From contig OZ242180.1 in NCBI GenBank assembly GCA_965205485.1, forward strand, positions 4,864,001 to 4,928,000: a stretch of 64,000 nucleotides of DNA. The letters are read 5' to 3'. This DNA comes from Candidatus Latescibacterota bacterium. Lineage in GTDB: Bacteria; Latescibacterota; UBA2968; GCA-2709665. Each line of letters starts with the position of its first letter. Position 1 is the stretch's first letter. Below, in pieces: positions 1-9,713 of this stretch. Made by a program: the position numbers and the translations under genes. The notes beneath the pieces were generated by a model, which made no database searches, was not told where the DNA came from, and was given only the letters and a program-made list of their open reading frames with translations.

Positions 1-1
1 C

Positions 2-604
2 CCGCTTTGCTGCATTCGCCACGTCCGTCCAGACGAGAAACCCCGGATAATACCGCGCAAATGCGTCCAGAATCAACGCCGCCCGGCGGGCATATCGTTG
101 CCGGCCGGTGACCTGATACAGTTGACCGAGATCACGCGCGCGGTCCGCAAGGTAGAACCTCGCGCACCACCATGCCCTGGCGCGGAAGAAAAATCGTCTT
201 CCGGACCCATCCTCGTAAAACGGGTATTCGACTTCGATTCCAAATGGATTCAACAGGCGAAGGGTCCTGTTCTCCGCAAACCTGCACCCGGGATAAATCG
301 CTGCGCAATGGCGGCACCGGACGCGGAACGGGTCCTTGATCGTCCAGTCGAGTTGCCGTTCTCTGACGCCCGTACTGCAACCGGCGCACGCCACGTACCG
401 AAAACCCGTACGATCCGGAACCACGGCAACCAGTTCGTCCTCTGACATCGCCATCAGCGGCGCAACGGCCCGCTGCAGTCTTTCGAGGGATTCGGCCGAT
501 TGCGACACGCTGAAGACGGGCGGCGGGACACCGGAGGCCATACACCCGCGGGGCCGGAGCCAGCAAAGGACGAGAATGCCGACCAGAACACCGAATCCAT
601 CCAT
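2..604 (-). CDS. Secreted protein, heparinase II/III / alginate-lyase-like N-terminal region (partial, runs off left edge)
   Basis: Not in ORF track; own translation MDGFGVLVGILVLCWL...ACAGC...RCRHC...DLGQLYQVTGRQRYARRAALILDAFARYYP is open to the window edge; hydrophobic N-terminus; YxxTGxxxYAxxAxxIL motif of alpha/alpha-toroid lyases. Confidence 0.6.
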   Translation of the reverse strand, partial: MDGFGVLVGILVLCWLRPRGCMASGVPPPVFSVSQSAESLERLQRAVAPLMAMSEDELVAVVPDRTGFRYVACAGCSTGVRERQLDWTIKDPFRVRCRHCAAIYPGCRFAENRTLRLLNPFGIEVEYPFYEDGSGRRFFFRARAWWCARFYLADRARDLGQLYQVTGRQRYARRAALILDAFARYYPGFLVWTDVANAAKR

Positions 605-796
605 TGCCCAATCCAATCGCTATGGTTATCTTTGAGAGACGAATGCGGAAAGAGACCGTTCGCCAGGGTCGGGATGCCGAAACCCGAACGCTTCACCCGG
701 GCACCGGTCTCCGTTGAAATGATCCTGATCCGGAAGTGGTGACTCCCTGTACGGGTTTCCGCGGCCACGGCGGCGGCCGCAGAAAGGAGAACCACC

Positions 797-1669
797 ATGC
801 AAGCCGACGTACGAATCGACCCGAACGAAGAGATCGGTTTCATGAACCTGGACGAAACCGACTACGGCAGCCTTTCGACGGGAGAACGGATCCGGCGCCT
901 GGAGGTGGAGGGGTACGTCGTTCTACCGGACATCCTCGACGCGGAACACATGGACCGGATCAAACGCGAAATGGCCGATGCGCCGATGCAGACGAAGGAT
1001 TACAGCGACGCGCAGACCTTCTGTCTGGAGCCGCAGTGGCGCAGCCGGGCCCTGGCCGAACTGATCGCGCATCCACCCATGATCGCGTTCCTGGAAACGC
1101 TGCTCGGCGACGACATCGTGTTCACCCGGGGACTCTTCACAAGGACGCTCTCGGGTTCGCCGCCCATTTCGCTGCACACCGACGGCCAGCCGTTCGGATC
1201 TTCCATCTTCGGTTACGAGGGCAGCTGTCCGCGCCTGCTGCGTGTTCTGTACTACCTTGACGATCTGACGCCGGAGCGGGCGCCATTCCGCCTGGTTCCG
1301 CGATCCCACCTCTCGTTTCACGCCGAAGCGAACCCCTACGTGCGTTACAAGTACCATCCGGGCGAGGTCACACTGTGTGTAAAGGCGGGCACGGCGCTGG
1401 TTATCCCCATCAACCTGTTTCACGGCACCCATCCGAACAGATCGCGTTCCCAACGCACGCTGGTTCAACTGGGGTACCGGCCGGCGTGGGCGGGCCCCAT
1501 ACAACCGATGCCGGAATGGGACCCGGAACGCGTGTCCGCCGCGCCGGCGGCAACCAGGCGCTTTCTGCAGAGTCCCAACACAACCGGACTGGACTGGAAC
1601 CAGCCCCACAAACCCAGGGGCATGAAAACCGACGCAACCGCAATCGACCCGGGGCGATGGGACGGCTGA
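797..1669 (+). CDS. Phytanoyl-CoA dioxygenase (PhyH) family Fe/2OG dioxygenase
   Basis: EGYVVLPDIL; HTD...FHGT facial triad; LVPRSH; AGGAG SD. Confidence 0.85.
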   Translation: MQADVRIDPNEEIGFMNLDETDYGSLSTGERIRRLEVEGYVVLPDILDAEHMDRIKREMADAPMQTKDYSDAQTFCLEPQWRSRALAELIAHPPMIAFLETLLGDDIVFTRGLFTRTLSGSPPISLHTDGQPFGSSIFGYEGSCPRLLRVLYYLDDLTPERAPFRLVPRSHLSFHAEANPYVRYKYHPGEVTLCVKAGTALVIPINLFHGTHPNRSRSQRTLVQLGYRPAWAGPIQPMPEWDPERVSAAPAATRRFLQSPNTTGLDWNQPHKPRGMKTDATAIDPGRWDG

Positions 1670-1703
1670 TCCGGACCGAAATCAGAATTGAAGCTTCAGT
1701 AAT

Positions 1704-1743
1704 CGAAAAAGCCCGAAGCCATTGGTCTGGCCGGGCTTTTTCG
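1704..1743. terminator. Bidirectional intrinsic terminator
   Basis: CGAAAAAGCCCG...CGGGCTTTTTCG between convergent PhyH genes. Confidence 0.75.
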
Positions 1744-1769
1744 GTTTCGAGCCATGGACGGCCTGCCGG

Positions 1770-2585
1770 CTATCTCTTGTTAGGAAGGATCCAGACGTCC
1801 CTGAAGAACCTCTGACGCGCTTCTGCCATTCCGCCGATGACCACCGGATTCATGCAGGGTTTGGGTTCGTGGAACCGGACGGTGACGTAGTTGTAAGCAA
1901 TCAGCACAGCACAGCGGGGATTGTCCGGGTTCGTCCAGGCCGACCCCGTATGTCGCACCCCCTCCGAGAATACGACAAGACTCCCCCGCGGACACCCGTA
2001 GGTCTCCCAGAGTCCCGATTCAGGGTCGTCGGCCTCTTCCGGCCAGTTCCCGTCCTGAGCCGAAACCAGATTGGCCTTGTGCGACCCGGGCACCAGGCAC
2101 GTGCCGCCCTGGCCTTTCCTGACTTCGTTCAGTTCCCATACGATGCGCGTCATCCCGCTGTAGATCCGCCCGTTGTGAAAGCGGTAGGAAACGGACGGAT
2201 CGAGATTCGTGCCGCCCACGTGGGGACGCCACTGATTCGCGGTCGTCTCGGCCGATCGGGCCGAAACAAAGACGCTCTCCAGACGGATGCGATCGCGCTC
2301 GGGATGAATCACCTCCTGCAGAATCCCCATGACTCTGGGATGATCGATCAGGAATTCCGCGGGACCCGCAATGGGCGCCCTCAGGTGAGCCGCCAGGCTA
2401 TCCGGCTCTTTCATATAGACGTCGACGTGCTCGCGAACGCGCTGCACTTCATCCCCTGTTAGCACCCCGGGGATGACGAGAAAGCCCTTGAGGTCGAAGA
2501 GGAATTTTTCGTATTCCGTCATGGGATGAATGGGTGCGGATTCGACGGTTTCGCTTACGTCCGTTCGTCCGTTCGTGGTTTTCAT
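1770..2585 (-). CDS. PhyH family Fe/2OG oxygenase, HxG variant
   Basis: FLFDLKGFLVIPGVL; PHVGG in place of HxD; LVPGSHK; VRHTG. Confidence 0.85.
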   Translation of the reverse strand: MKTTNGRTDVSETVESAPIHPMTEYEKFLFDLKGFLVIPGVLTGDEVQRVREHVDVYMKEPDSLAAHLRAPIAGPAEFLIDHPRVMGILQEVIHPERDRIRLESVFVSARSAETTANQWRPHVGGTNLDPSVSYRFHNGRIYSGMTRIVWELNEVRKGQGGTCLVPGSHKANLVSAQDGNWPEEADDPESGLWETYGCPRGSLVVFSEGVRHTGSAWTNPDNPRCAVLIAYNYVTVRFHEPKPCMNPVVIGGMAEARQRFFRDVWILPNKR

Positions 2586-2731
2586 TGCAAGCGCTCCTCA
2601 CGGGGACGGGCGGGTTGCGGCCGGTTTATCATACAGGCCCGGCGCGAGCCGGATTCCGGAACCGAACGGAACCGGAATATCACGCGAAGGGATCAGGCGT
2701 CCCCCGTTTTCCTGAACAGAAAGATGTATTC

Positions 2732-2905
2732 ATGTCTGAAGACATAGAAGCCGCCGGCGAGGGCGCGGTAACGCCAGAGTTCCGCCTGGTTGCGCTTGGA
2801 CCGGGTCTCCTCGAAGTTCTTGACGACGATACTCTTCAATGCGAATGGTCTGCTGAGCACTTCGTTCATACAATAGAAACCCAGCGGTATGGTACTGAAT
2901 TGTGA
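2732..2905 (+). CDS. Small hypothetical protein (57 aa) or gene remnant
   Basis: MSEDIEAAGEG... in a lower-GC patch beside the tRNA; no recognisable motif. Confidence 0.25.
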   Translation: MSEDIEAAGEGAVTPEFRLVALGPGLLEVLDDDTLQCEWSAEHFVHTIETQRYGTEL

Positions 2906-2972
2906 CGGCTGATGCAAGAACAACAACGAAAACACCCGGACCCGGATGTAGCGTCGTCACCGATGAACATGC

Positions 2973-3005
2973 AAAAGGGGCCCGTGATGGATTCATCACA
3001 GGCCC
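2973..3005 (-). terminator. Terminator downstream of tRNA-Val
   Basis: Minus strand GGGCCTGTGATG-AATC-CATCACGGGCCC then CTTTT. Confidence 0.65.
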
Positions 3006-3026
3006 ATTAATATCAGCAATTTAAAA

Positions 3027-3103
3027 TGGTGGGCGATACTGGACTCGAACCAGTGACCTCTTGCATGTCAAGCAAGCACTCTAACCACCTGAGCTAATCG
3101 CCC
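3027..3103 (-). tRNA. tRNA-Val(GAC)
   Basis: GGGCGATTAGCTCAGGTGGTTAGAG...CTTGC-TT-GAC-AT-GCAAG...GGTTCGAGTCC...TCGCCC-ACCA; CCA encoded. Confidence 0.97.
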
Positions 3104-3134
3104 ATCCGCTTTCAACCCTCAATTCCGATTCGCA

Positions 3135-3163
3135 AATCTATACGAAACCATGGGCGAAGTCAA
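3135..3163 (-). promoter_or_regulatory. sigma70 promoter for tRNA-Val
   Basis: TTGACT-N17-TAGATT. Confidence 0.7.
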
Positions 3164-3262
3164 GCGGAATGTGGGATCGCGACGCCCAATCGGACCACCC
3201 CGGTTTAACCAGATGTCGCGCTCGCGAGCCTTGATGGTCGAATGGGGGCATCACGTCGTTTT

Positions 3263-4342
3263 TCAGGCGCTCCGCAACGCATCCTCCGCAAGCCGGGTTC
3301 CCTCCACCCGTGCGCGGATTTTCGCAAATGCCAGGTCGCGGGAGGTGGACAGGTCATCCGCAAAGGGCGAAAAACCGCAGTCGTCCGTCGTTCCCAGCTG
3401 CGCTGCCGGAATATGTCCAGCGGCCTCCAGGACGCGGTCTCTGACTTCCTCGGGCGACTCCACGCGGGGATCGATGGCATCAATAACGCCGATAAAGACG
3501 CGGTGACCCGGACGGATGAGCGTTCCAATGCGTTGCAGGGCCCCGCCCGGTTCTTTTTCGGAAGCCATGGCAATATAGAAATTACCCACCTCGATCTCGA
3601 ACAGGGTAGGCAGCAGGTCCATGTAGTCGACGTCCGCACTGTGCGTGGCATCCCAGTCGCCTCCCGGGCAGGTGTGAACCCCAAGCCTGTTACGCTCTTC
3701 GTCCGTAAAGGGTTCGAGGCTGGTATTCAGCAACGCCACAAAACTCCTGAGAAGCTCGCCCGAGGGATCCAGCTTAACAGCGAGACGCCCTTCCGTGAAG
3801 TCGATCTGTACCTTGTGCGCACCCGCGTCCAGGCACCGGCGCACCTCACCGACGTGCTCGCGGACGAGGTCCGCCATGAATCGCTCACGGGGATAATCTC
3901 CGATACCGTCTCCCGGATAGATCAGGCTGAGGAGTGAAGGCGAAATAACCGCCTGTTTAACTGGCGTCCGGGCCTGCTTCAATGCGGTTTCGAGATAACC
4001 GTCGGCACTTTCAGTATAGCGAAACGGCCCCTCTGTCAGTCGAGGCAATTGTCTGGAATGTCCATCGGAAAATCCGACTTCCACGCCGTCCGGAGCCAGA
4101 TTATCGGCGCCGTGCAGGCAATAGAAGGCGAAACCGCCGTACTTGCGCTGCTCGCCGTCGCTGATGACGGGGGAACCCGTCTCCTCGAATTCGCGTATGG
4201 TCTCTGTGGTCGCCCGTTTCGCGACAGCATGAAGCTCCTCATCACTGACCCTGCCTTCGCGGAACGCCTTGTCGGCGCGGACCAGCTCCTCGGTACGTGG
4301 AATGGAACCGATGGGTTCGGTGGGTATGGTAAAGTCGGACAT
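3263..4342 (-). CDS. Cobalamin-independent methionine synthase II family (single-barrel MetE-like)
   Basis: TEPIGSIPR, ISDGEQ, HTC and TDDCGF Zn ligands; start moved to MSDFTIP behind GGAGG SD. Confidence 0.88.
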   Translation of the reverse strand: MSDFTIPTEPIGSIPRTEELVRADKAFREGRVSDEELHAVAKRATTETIREFEETGSPVISDGEQRKYGGFAFYCLHGADNLAPDGVEVGFSDGHSRQLPRLTEGPFRYTESADGYLETALKQARTPVKQAVISPSLLSLIYPGDGIGDYPRERFMADLVREHVGEVRRCLDAGAHKVQIDFTEGRLAVKLDPSGELLRSFVALLNTSLEPFTDEERNRLGVHTCPGGDWDATHSADVDYMDLLPTLFEIEVGNFYIAMASEKEPGGALQRIGTLIRPGHRVFIGVIDAIDPRVESPEEVRDRVLEAAGHIPAAQLGTTDDCGFSPFADDLSTSRDLAFAKIRARVEGTRLAEDALRSA

Positions 4343-4632
4343 AGCGTTCCTCCGGATCTGCCTGGCTGGGATTATGGCTGCGCGGCGAAGAGATTCCCGT
4401 GAGAAATATAGCGCATTTTCGAACGGCTGACTCCGGGCGGCATTGGCGGTCCCTTTCTGTCGTTTGCCCTTGACATCACTGTTCGCAGGTCGAATATTAG
4501 CGACCCCGCACCACGATTGCGGCGGCCCGGACGGCAGGACGATCCTGTGCGGTGCGGAGTTGAGACGGGGTCCGCTGCGAATTTCAGTCACGGCTTACAG
4601 GAAACCCGTGGAAAAACAAGGACAGGTGGATC

Positions 4633-5709
4633 GTGAAAACCTATAGAGCAGCGCTGGTCGGATGCAGCAGAATGGGCGCCTTCATTGACAACGAAGTGCC
4701 GCATTCATTCGGCGCCTATTCGCATGCCGCGGGATACGAGGCGTGCGAGCGAACGGAACTGATCGCCTGTTCGGATTTGCGCACGGAAGCGATGAGACAG
4801 GTCGGTATCCGGTACGGGGTCCCTGAACACAGGCAGTACCTCGACTATAGAGAGATGATCGAACGCGAGCACCCGGATATCGTCAGCGTCGCCACCCAGC
4901 CCGAACATCGCGCCGAGATCGTCGTCTTTGCCGCTGAACGGGGGGTCCGCGCGATCTATGGCGAAAAGGCCATGGCCGCATCGCTCGACGAAGCCGACGC
5001 GATGGTGGAGGCGGTCGAGTCGGCGGGCGCGGTTTTCAATATGGGCACGAACCGGCGATGGCATCCGGGATACGACGCGATGGCGGACGTGATCGACAGC
5101 GGACGCATAGGCCGGTTGAGATCGCTGATCGTGCATCAGACGGGCCCGCTGTTCAATGGCGCCAGCCACAGCTTCGATCTGCTGATGAGGCTCAACGGCG
5201 ACAATCCCGTGGCGTGGGTCCAGGCCCACCTGCCGAACGGAGACCGGGTGATCGACGGCGAACGCCTGAACGAGGACCCGGTTGGACACGGGATCCTGCA
5301 GTTCGAAAACGGCGTCACCGCATACGCGCTCAATTCAGGGCGGGGCATGGAAGTGGAAGCGGTGGGCGACGCGGGCGTGGTCACGGGCCTGCTCAACGAC
5401 AAAGAGTGGCACCTGCGCGAACACGGCGCCCGGGACCACCGCGGACGGTCCGTGCTTGTGCCGGGGAAATTTCCGCCATTCGAGCGGGCCAGTTCAACCG
5501 TTCGGCTGATCGAAGACCTCGTGCGCTCGCTGGACACCGGAGAACCGCCGCGCGGGGGCGTCAGAACGGCGCGCGCCAATACCGAACTCATCTTCGCGTT
5601 TGTCGAGTCGCACGTCCGGGGCGGGGCAAGGGTGGCGTTACCGATAAGCGGCAGCCGGTACCGTCTCCAAAGAGACAGGCCGCCGCGAGAGCCGAAGTAC
5701 AAGCGGTAA
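4633..5709 (+). CDS. Gfo/Idh/MocA family oxidoreductase
   Basis: LVGCSRMG Rossmann, PDIVSVAT, EKAMA, NRRW, H-SFD. Confidence 0.88.
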   Translation: MKTYRAALVGCSRMGAFIDNEVPHSFGAYSHAAGYEACERTELIACSDLRTEAMRQVGIRYGVPEHRQYLDYREMIEREHPDIVSVATQPEHRAEIVVFAAERGVRAIYGEKAMAASLDEADAMVEAVESAGAVFNMGTNRRWHPGYDAMADVIDSGRIGRLRSLIVHQTGPLFNGASHSFDLLMRLNGDNPVAWVQAHLPNGDRVIDGERLNEDPVGHGILQFENGVTAYALNSGRGMEVEAVGDAGVVTGLLNDKEWHLREHGARDHRGRSVLVPGKFPPFERASSTVRLIEDLVRSLDTGEPPRGGVRTARANTELIFAFVESHVRGGARVALPISGSRYRLQRDRPPREPKYKR

Positions 5710-5766
5710 GGTTGAATTGGCTCTGCGCTGGTTTATTCACATGCCCGGACACGGAGAGACGCCCGG

Positions 5767-6150
5767 TCACAGTGGTTCAGGCCTGTAGACAATCTGCAAC
5801 AGATTGCCGTCCGGATCCGCCACGAAGTTGAAACGGGTCCCCGCGGACGTCTCCCGGTACGGCCCGACAAATGCGGCGCCGCGGTCCTCCAGCATCCTGC
5901 ACGCCGAATCGAAATCATCCACTTTCAGCGCAATGTGCCGGATGCCCGCGTCGTCGGCGGCGCAGACCGCGGGCGCCCTGTCGTTCGACGGCAGGAACTC
6001 CAGAATCCCTCCGCCCGGCAGGCGCACGAAATAGGTCTGACTCTCTTCGCTCTCGAGGATCATCTCAAAACCGAGGACGTCGCAGTACCACCGCGCGAGC
6101 GCTCCGGAGTCGGCCGAAACAATCGCGATATGCTCAATCGACTGGATCAT
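5767..6150 (-). CDS. VOC/glyoxalase family protein
   Basis: IEHIAI...WYCDVLGF...RHIALKVDD...DPDGNLLQI. Confidence 0.88.
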   Translation of the reverse strand: MIQSIEHIAIVSADSGALARWYCDVLGFEMILESEESQTYFVRLPGGGILEFLPSNDRAPAVCAADDAGIRHIALKVDDFDSACRMLEDRGAAFVGPYRETSAGTRFNFVADPDGNLLQIVYRPEPL

Positions 6151-7175
6151 ACGTCCCCCATCGTTGACATGCTGATTTCGCGGCCCGCTTCAAGCGAAGC
6201 ATCGACCGCGGATGCCACCCGGACGACCGCCAGCCCGTCCCGCGGCGTGATCAGCGGCTTCCACAGGTCCCGTACCACACCCGCGAAGTGGCGTATCAGC
6301 GAGCGCGACATCCCCTCGGTCTGCCCGTGGACGTCCGGCGCGACGGATGTGTCCGGATACGCGACGTCGCCGCCGCGGTAGACCGCAATACCGGTTTCGT
6401 ACGGAAGCACCTCCACCGCGCCGGCCGTGCCGCGTATGGTAAACAACTGGTTCTGCGGCCGTCCCGCCCCCGTCGGCGAACCCCATACGTTTTCGAGGAC
6501 GGCAACGGCGCCGCAGTCGAAGGTCATCACGACGACGATGAGGTCCTGCCGGCCGCGCCCGCCGGACCGGGCGTAGGCCCTCACCCGGTCGACCGCGCTG
6601 CCGTTCGTCCACAGCGCCAGATCGATGTCGTGGGGTAGCAGCCAGTACGCAAGGGGAAAACGGCCGAGTACCCGATCTACCGCTCCCGGCTGCGAGGACC
6701 TGCGGCTGTAGATATGGAGGACCTCGCCGACGTCGCCGCGGGCGACGGCCTGCCGCATTTCGGCGAAACGGGGGTCGAAACGCAGGCTGTGGCATACCAT
6801 GAGATGAACGCCGGCACGGCCCGCATCGTGAACCATCCGGACGGCATCTGAAGGAGACGTCGCCAGCGGCTTTTCCACCAGGACATGCTTCCCGGACGCC
6901 AGGCAGGCGCCAACCGGGTCGGCGTGCGCCCATTCGGACGTGGCAACGACGACCGCTTCGATCTGCGGATGGTCGGCGAGCATGTCGCGGTAACGCGCGC
7001 CGGTATAGAACGGCACCCGCAATTCCGTCGCGACGGCTCGGGCGGTGACCTCGCCATGACCGCATACGGCCACCAGCTTCGTCAGCGCGCACTGATCGAG
7101 GATCCGGGCATAAAGCCCGCCCATCCTGCCGGGGCCGATTACGGCGACGCCCAATGGTTCTGCCGGTTTTGCCAT
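6147..7175 (-). CDS. Gfo/Idh/MocA family oxidoreductase
   Basis: VIGPGRMG, GKHVLVEKPLA, RFDP, PHDID. Confidence 0.9.
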   Translation of the reverse strand: MAKPAEPLGVAVIGPGRMGGLYARILDQCALTKLVAVCGHGEVTARAVATELRVPFYTGARYRDMLADHPQIEAVVVATSEWAHADPVGACLASGKHVLVEKPLATSPSDAVRMVHDAGRAGVHLMVCHSLRFDPRFAEMRQAVARGDVGEVLHIYSRRSSQPGAVDRVLGRFPLAYWLLPHDIDLALWTNGSAVDRVRAYARSGGRGRQDLIVVVMTFDCGAVAVLENVWGSPTGAGRPQNQLFTIRGTAGAVEVLPYETGIAVYRGGDVAYPDTSVAPDVHGQTEGMSRSLIRHFAGVVRDLWKPLITPRDGLAVVRVASAVDASLEAGREISMSTMGDV

Positions 7176-7254
7176 AGGATTCCCGAGAATGCGTTGGAGT
7201 CACGTCGCGAGGGATGCTGAACGCGGTCTCTTCGACAACCCGTCAGGAGGGTTT

Positions 7255-8691
7255 ATGCTGCGCACGGCGATCGGCTTTCTGCTTTTCACCCTGTATGCAA
7301 ATGGCATAATCCCGGTTGCGGCCGACGAACCGTCGACCGACGGCCGGGCACTCTATGTCCAGTACTGCGCGACCTGTCACGGACAGAACCTGGAGGGCGT
7401 CACGGCGCCCAGTCTGATCGACGGTGTCTGGATCTACGGCGGACGGGGGAACATCGCCCGCAACATCATGTTCGGCATCGTCCAGCAGGGGATGCCCGCG
7501 TTCGGAGAAGCGCTCACGCGAAAGCAGATCAACGCCATCTCGGCATTCATCCGGGAGGCCGAAAAATCGGCGGGCGCCACAAAACCGCCCATTCCCGACA
7601 CACTCGACACCTACGACTACCGCATCCGCGTGGAACGCTGGGTTGAGGGCCTTCGGCTCCCATGGTCGATCGCGTTCCCGGACGCCGCCACCGCGCTCAT
7701 CACCGAGCGGCCCGGAAGGCTTCGCGTGGTGAGAAACGGCGTACTGCACCCCGATCCCGTCACAGATACGCCACCGGTTCTGCACCAGGGCCAGGGCGGC
7801 CTTATGGATGCGGCCGTCGATCCCGCCTATCCGGAAAACGGCTGGATCTACCTGTCTTACAGCCACGCGCTCGGGGATACCGCAGAAGGCGGCCGACCAC
7901 CGGCGATGACGCGCCTCGTACGGGGGCGAATGAAGGACAATGCCTGGATTGATCAGCAGGTCGTCTACGAAGCGCCGCACGAGACCTACGACAGGACCCG
8001 CCACCATTACGGCTGCCGCATCGTCTTCGATCCTGAGGGGTATCTCTATTTCCCCGTCGGAGACCGGGGAATTCCCCGGTACGCACAGGACCTGGGACAC
8101 CCCGGCGGCAAAATCCACCGTATCCACCGGGACGGTCGAATTCCCGATGACAACCCCTTTCTGAAACGGGAAGGCGCCCTTCCCAGCATTTACAGCTTCG
8201 GCCAGCGAAACCCGCAGGGCCTGGCCGTACATCCGGTTACAGGCGCGTTATGGGAGAGCGAGCACGGGCCGATGGGCGGCGATGAGATCAACCTGATAAG
8301 GGCCGGGATCAACTATGGCTGGCCGACGATCACCTACGGGCGAAACTACAACGGGACGCCTGTATCGGAATTCGAGAGCAAGCCCGGCCTGGAGCAACCC
8401 GTTCTGTTCTGGCGGCCCTCCATCGCGGTGTGCGGCATCGACTTCTATCGCGGCGACCTTTTTCCGAAGTGGAAGAACCGCCTGCTCGTGGGCGCTCTTG
8501 CTTTTGAGGAAGTTCGCCTCCTCACGATCGAGAACGACCGTGTGATCTACCAGGAAACCATCCTCAAGAATGCCGGCCGCGTGCGCGACGTGGCAAGCGG
8601 ACCCGACGGGGCCATCTACGTCGTTTTGAACAACCCCGGAACCGTACTACGCCTGACACCCGTCCAGCATGAAGACCCGAACGAATTCTGA
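7255..8691 (+). CDS. PQQ-dependent sugar dehydrogenase (GSDH) with N-terminal cytochrome c domain
   Basis: Signal peptide; CATCH heme motif; GQGGLMD, HHYGCRI, GQRNPQG, EHGPMGGDEIN, GRVRDV; AGGAGG SD. Confidence 0.9.
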   Translation: MLRTAIGFLLFTLYANGIIPVAADEPSTDGRALYVQYCATCHGQNLEGVTAPSLIDGVWIYGGRGNIARNIMFGIVQQGMPAFGEALTRKQINAISAFIREAEKSAGATKPPIPDTLDTYDYRIRVERWVEGLRLPWSIAFPDAATALITERPGRLRVVRNGVLHPDPVTDTPPVLHQGQGGLMDAAVDPAYPENGWIYLSYSHALGDTAEGGRPPAMTRLVRGRMKDNAWIDQQVVYEAPHETYDRTRHHYGCRIVFDPEGYLYFPVGDRGIPRYAQDLGHPGGKIHRIHRDGRIPDDNPFLKREGALPSIYSFGQRNPQGLAVHPVTGALWESEHGPMGGDEINLIRAGINYGWPTITYGRNYNGTPVSEFESKPGLEQPVLFWRPSIAVCGIDFYRGDLFPKWKNRLLVGALAFEEVRLLTIENDRVIYQETILKNAGRVRDVASGPDGAIYVVLNNPGTVLRLTPVQHEDPNEF

Positions 8692-8724
8692 ACCGGACGC
8701 CGATCCCGCGGAAGCCCTCGCGTT

Positions 8725-9552
8725 TCAACCCTCGGCCAGGCCTTCGAGAATACCCTTCAGGTAGCCGATGCTTCTTGCCGCAATCGTCTCCGGGTCCGGT
8801 TCGAAATCGAACACTTCAACCGACACATAGCCGCTGTAGTGCATTTCCCTGAGCTTCTTCAATATGGGGGCGAACTGAAGCTCGCCGAATCCCGGTCCGC
8901 GCAAATTGGGGTCGTTCACGTGCACGTGCCGCATCGCACTTCCCGCCCGGTCGATGACCTCGGGATGGGACATGGCCTCCGTAGAAGCCGCGCGGCAGTC
9001 CACCATGGTCTGAAAATTCGGATGCCCGACGGCCTCGACCAGCTTCAGAGCTTCGGCCACACCGGTCACGAAATTGGTCTCCTGGTCCGTCAGCGGCTCT
9101 ATACAATAGGTAACGCCCCTTTGTGCCATCAGATCAGCGCACCCGGCGAACAGCTCCGCGGCGCGGGCAAAGCAGTCGTCGGCGTTCCATCCCTCCTGAA
9201 TATTCCGCTGCTGCGGAGAGCCGTGAATCATCACGCGTCCTCCGAGGTCGCCGCAGAAATCGATCAGCGCTTTCACGTAATCCTGCGTGCGCTGCCACAC
9301 CCGGCGGTCCGGATGGTTGATGTACAGCCCGGCGGGTTTTACGAGCAGCCAGTGCAGCCCCACGATCTCCACGCCCGCCGCTTCCGCCGCCTGTCTGATG
9401 TCCCGCCGCCGGACCGATGAAATGTCGTGTGCGGACTCCGCCAGGGTGAATGGCGCGATCTCCACCCCGTCGCATCCGATCCGGGCGGCATAGTCGAACA
9501 CGCGCTCGATCTCCCAGCCCTCGAAAAACTCGTTGCAGACCGCAAGTTTCAT
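8725..9552 (-). CDS. Sugar phosphate isomerase/epimerase (ketose 3-epimerase-like TIM barrel)
   Basis: GVEIAPF, IEPL, MVD, HVHVND, SVEVF metal-binding motifs. Confidence 0.85.
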   Translation of the reverse strand: MKLAVCNEFFEGWEIERVFDYAARIGCDGVEIAPFTLAESAHDISSVRRRDIRQAAEAAGVEIVGLHWLLVKPAGLYINHPDRRVWQRTQDYVKALIDFCGDLGGRVMIHGSPQQRNIQEGWNADDCFARAAELFAGCADLMAQRGVTYCIEPLTDQETNFVTGVAEALKLVEAVGHPNFQTMVDCRAASTEAMSHPEVIDRAGSAMRHVHVNDPNLRGPGFGELQFAPILKKLREMHYSGYVSVEVFDFEPDPETIAARSIGYLKGILEGLAEG

Positions 9553-9636
9553 AGCCGGTACCTCCAGGGTTCGGGAACACAAACGGGGCGCGACGGCCGG
9601 GCCGGATTCCGCAACAGTTCGGCGCCGACAAAATCC

Positions 9637-9665
9637 TTGACAGAATACCCGGATTTCTCTAACAT
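9637..9665 (+). promoter_or_regulatory. sigma70 promoter for ABC ATPase
   Basis: TTGACA-N17-TAACAT. Confidence 0.6.
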
Positions 9666-9713
9666 AAACGGGCTATCATCAAAATTCAAGAAAAACGTTC
9701 AGGAGAAGCCGTT

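Noticed and set aside
2700..3103. Integrated element at tRNA-Val
   Set aside because: Lower GC patch, but no integrase and no duplicated tRNA 3' end seen in the window
4343..4591. N-terminal extensions in the ORF track (also 28717, 32684, 44652, 57648, 61880)
   Set aside because: Upstream open-frame run-ons, mostly overlapping neighbouring genes; family motifs begin at the downstream starts used here
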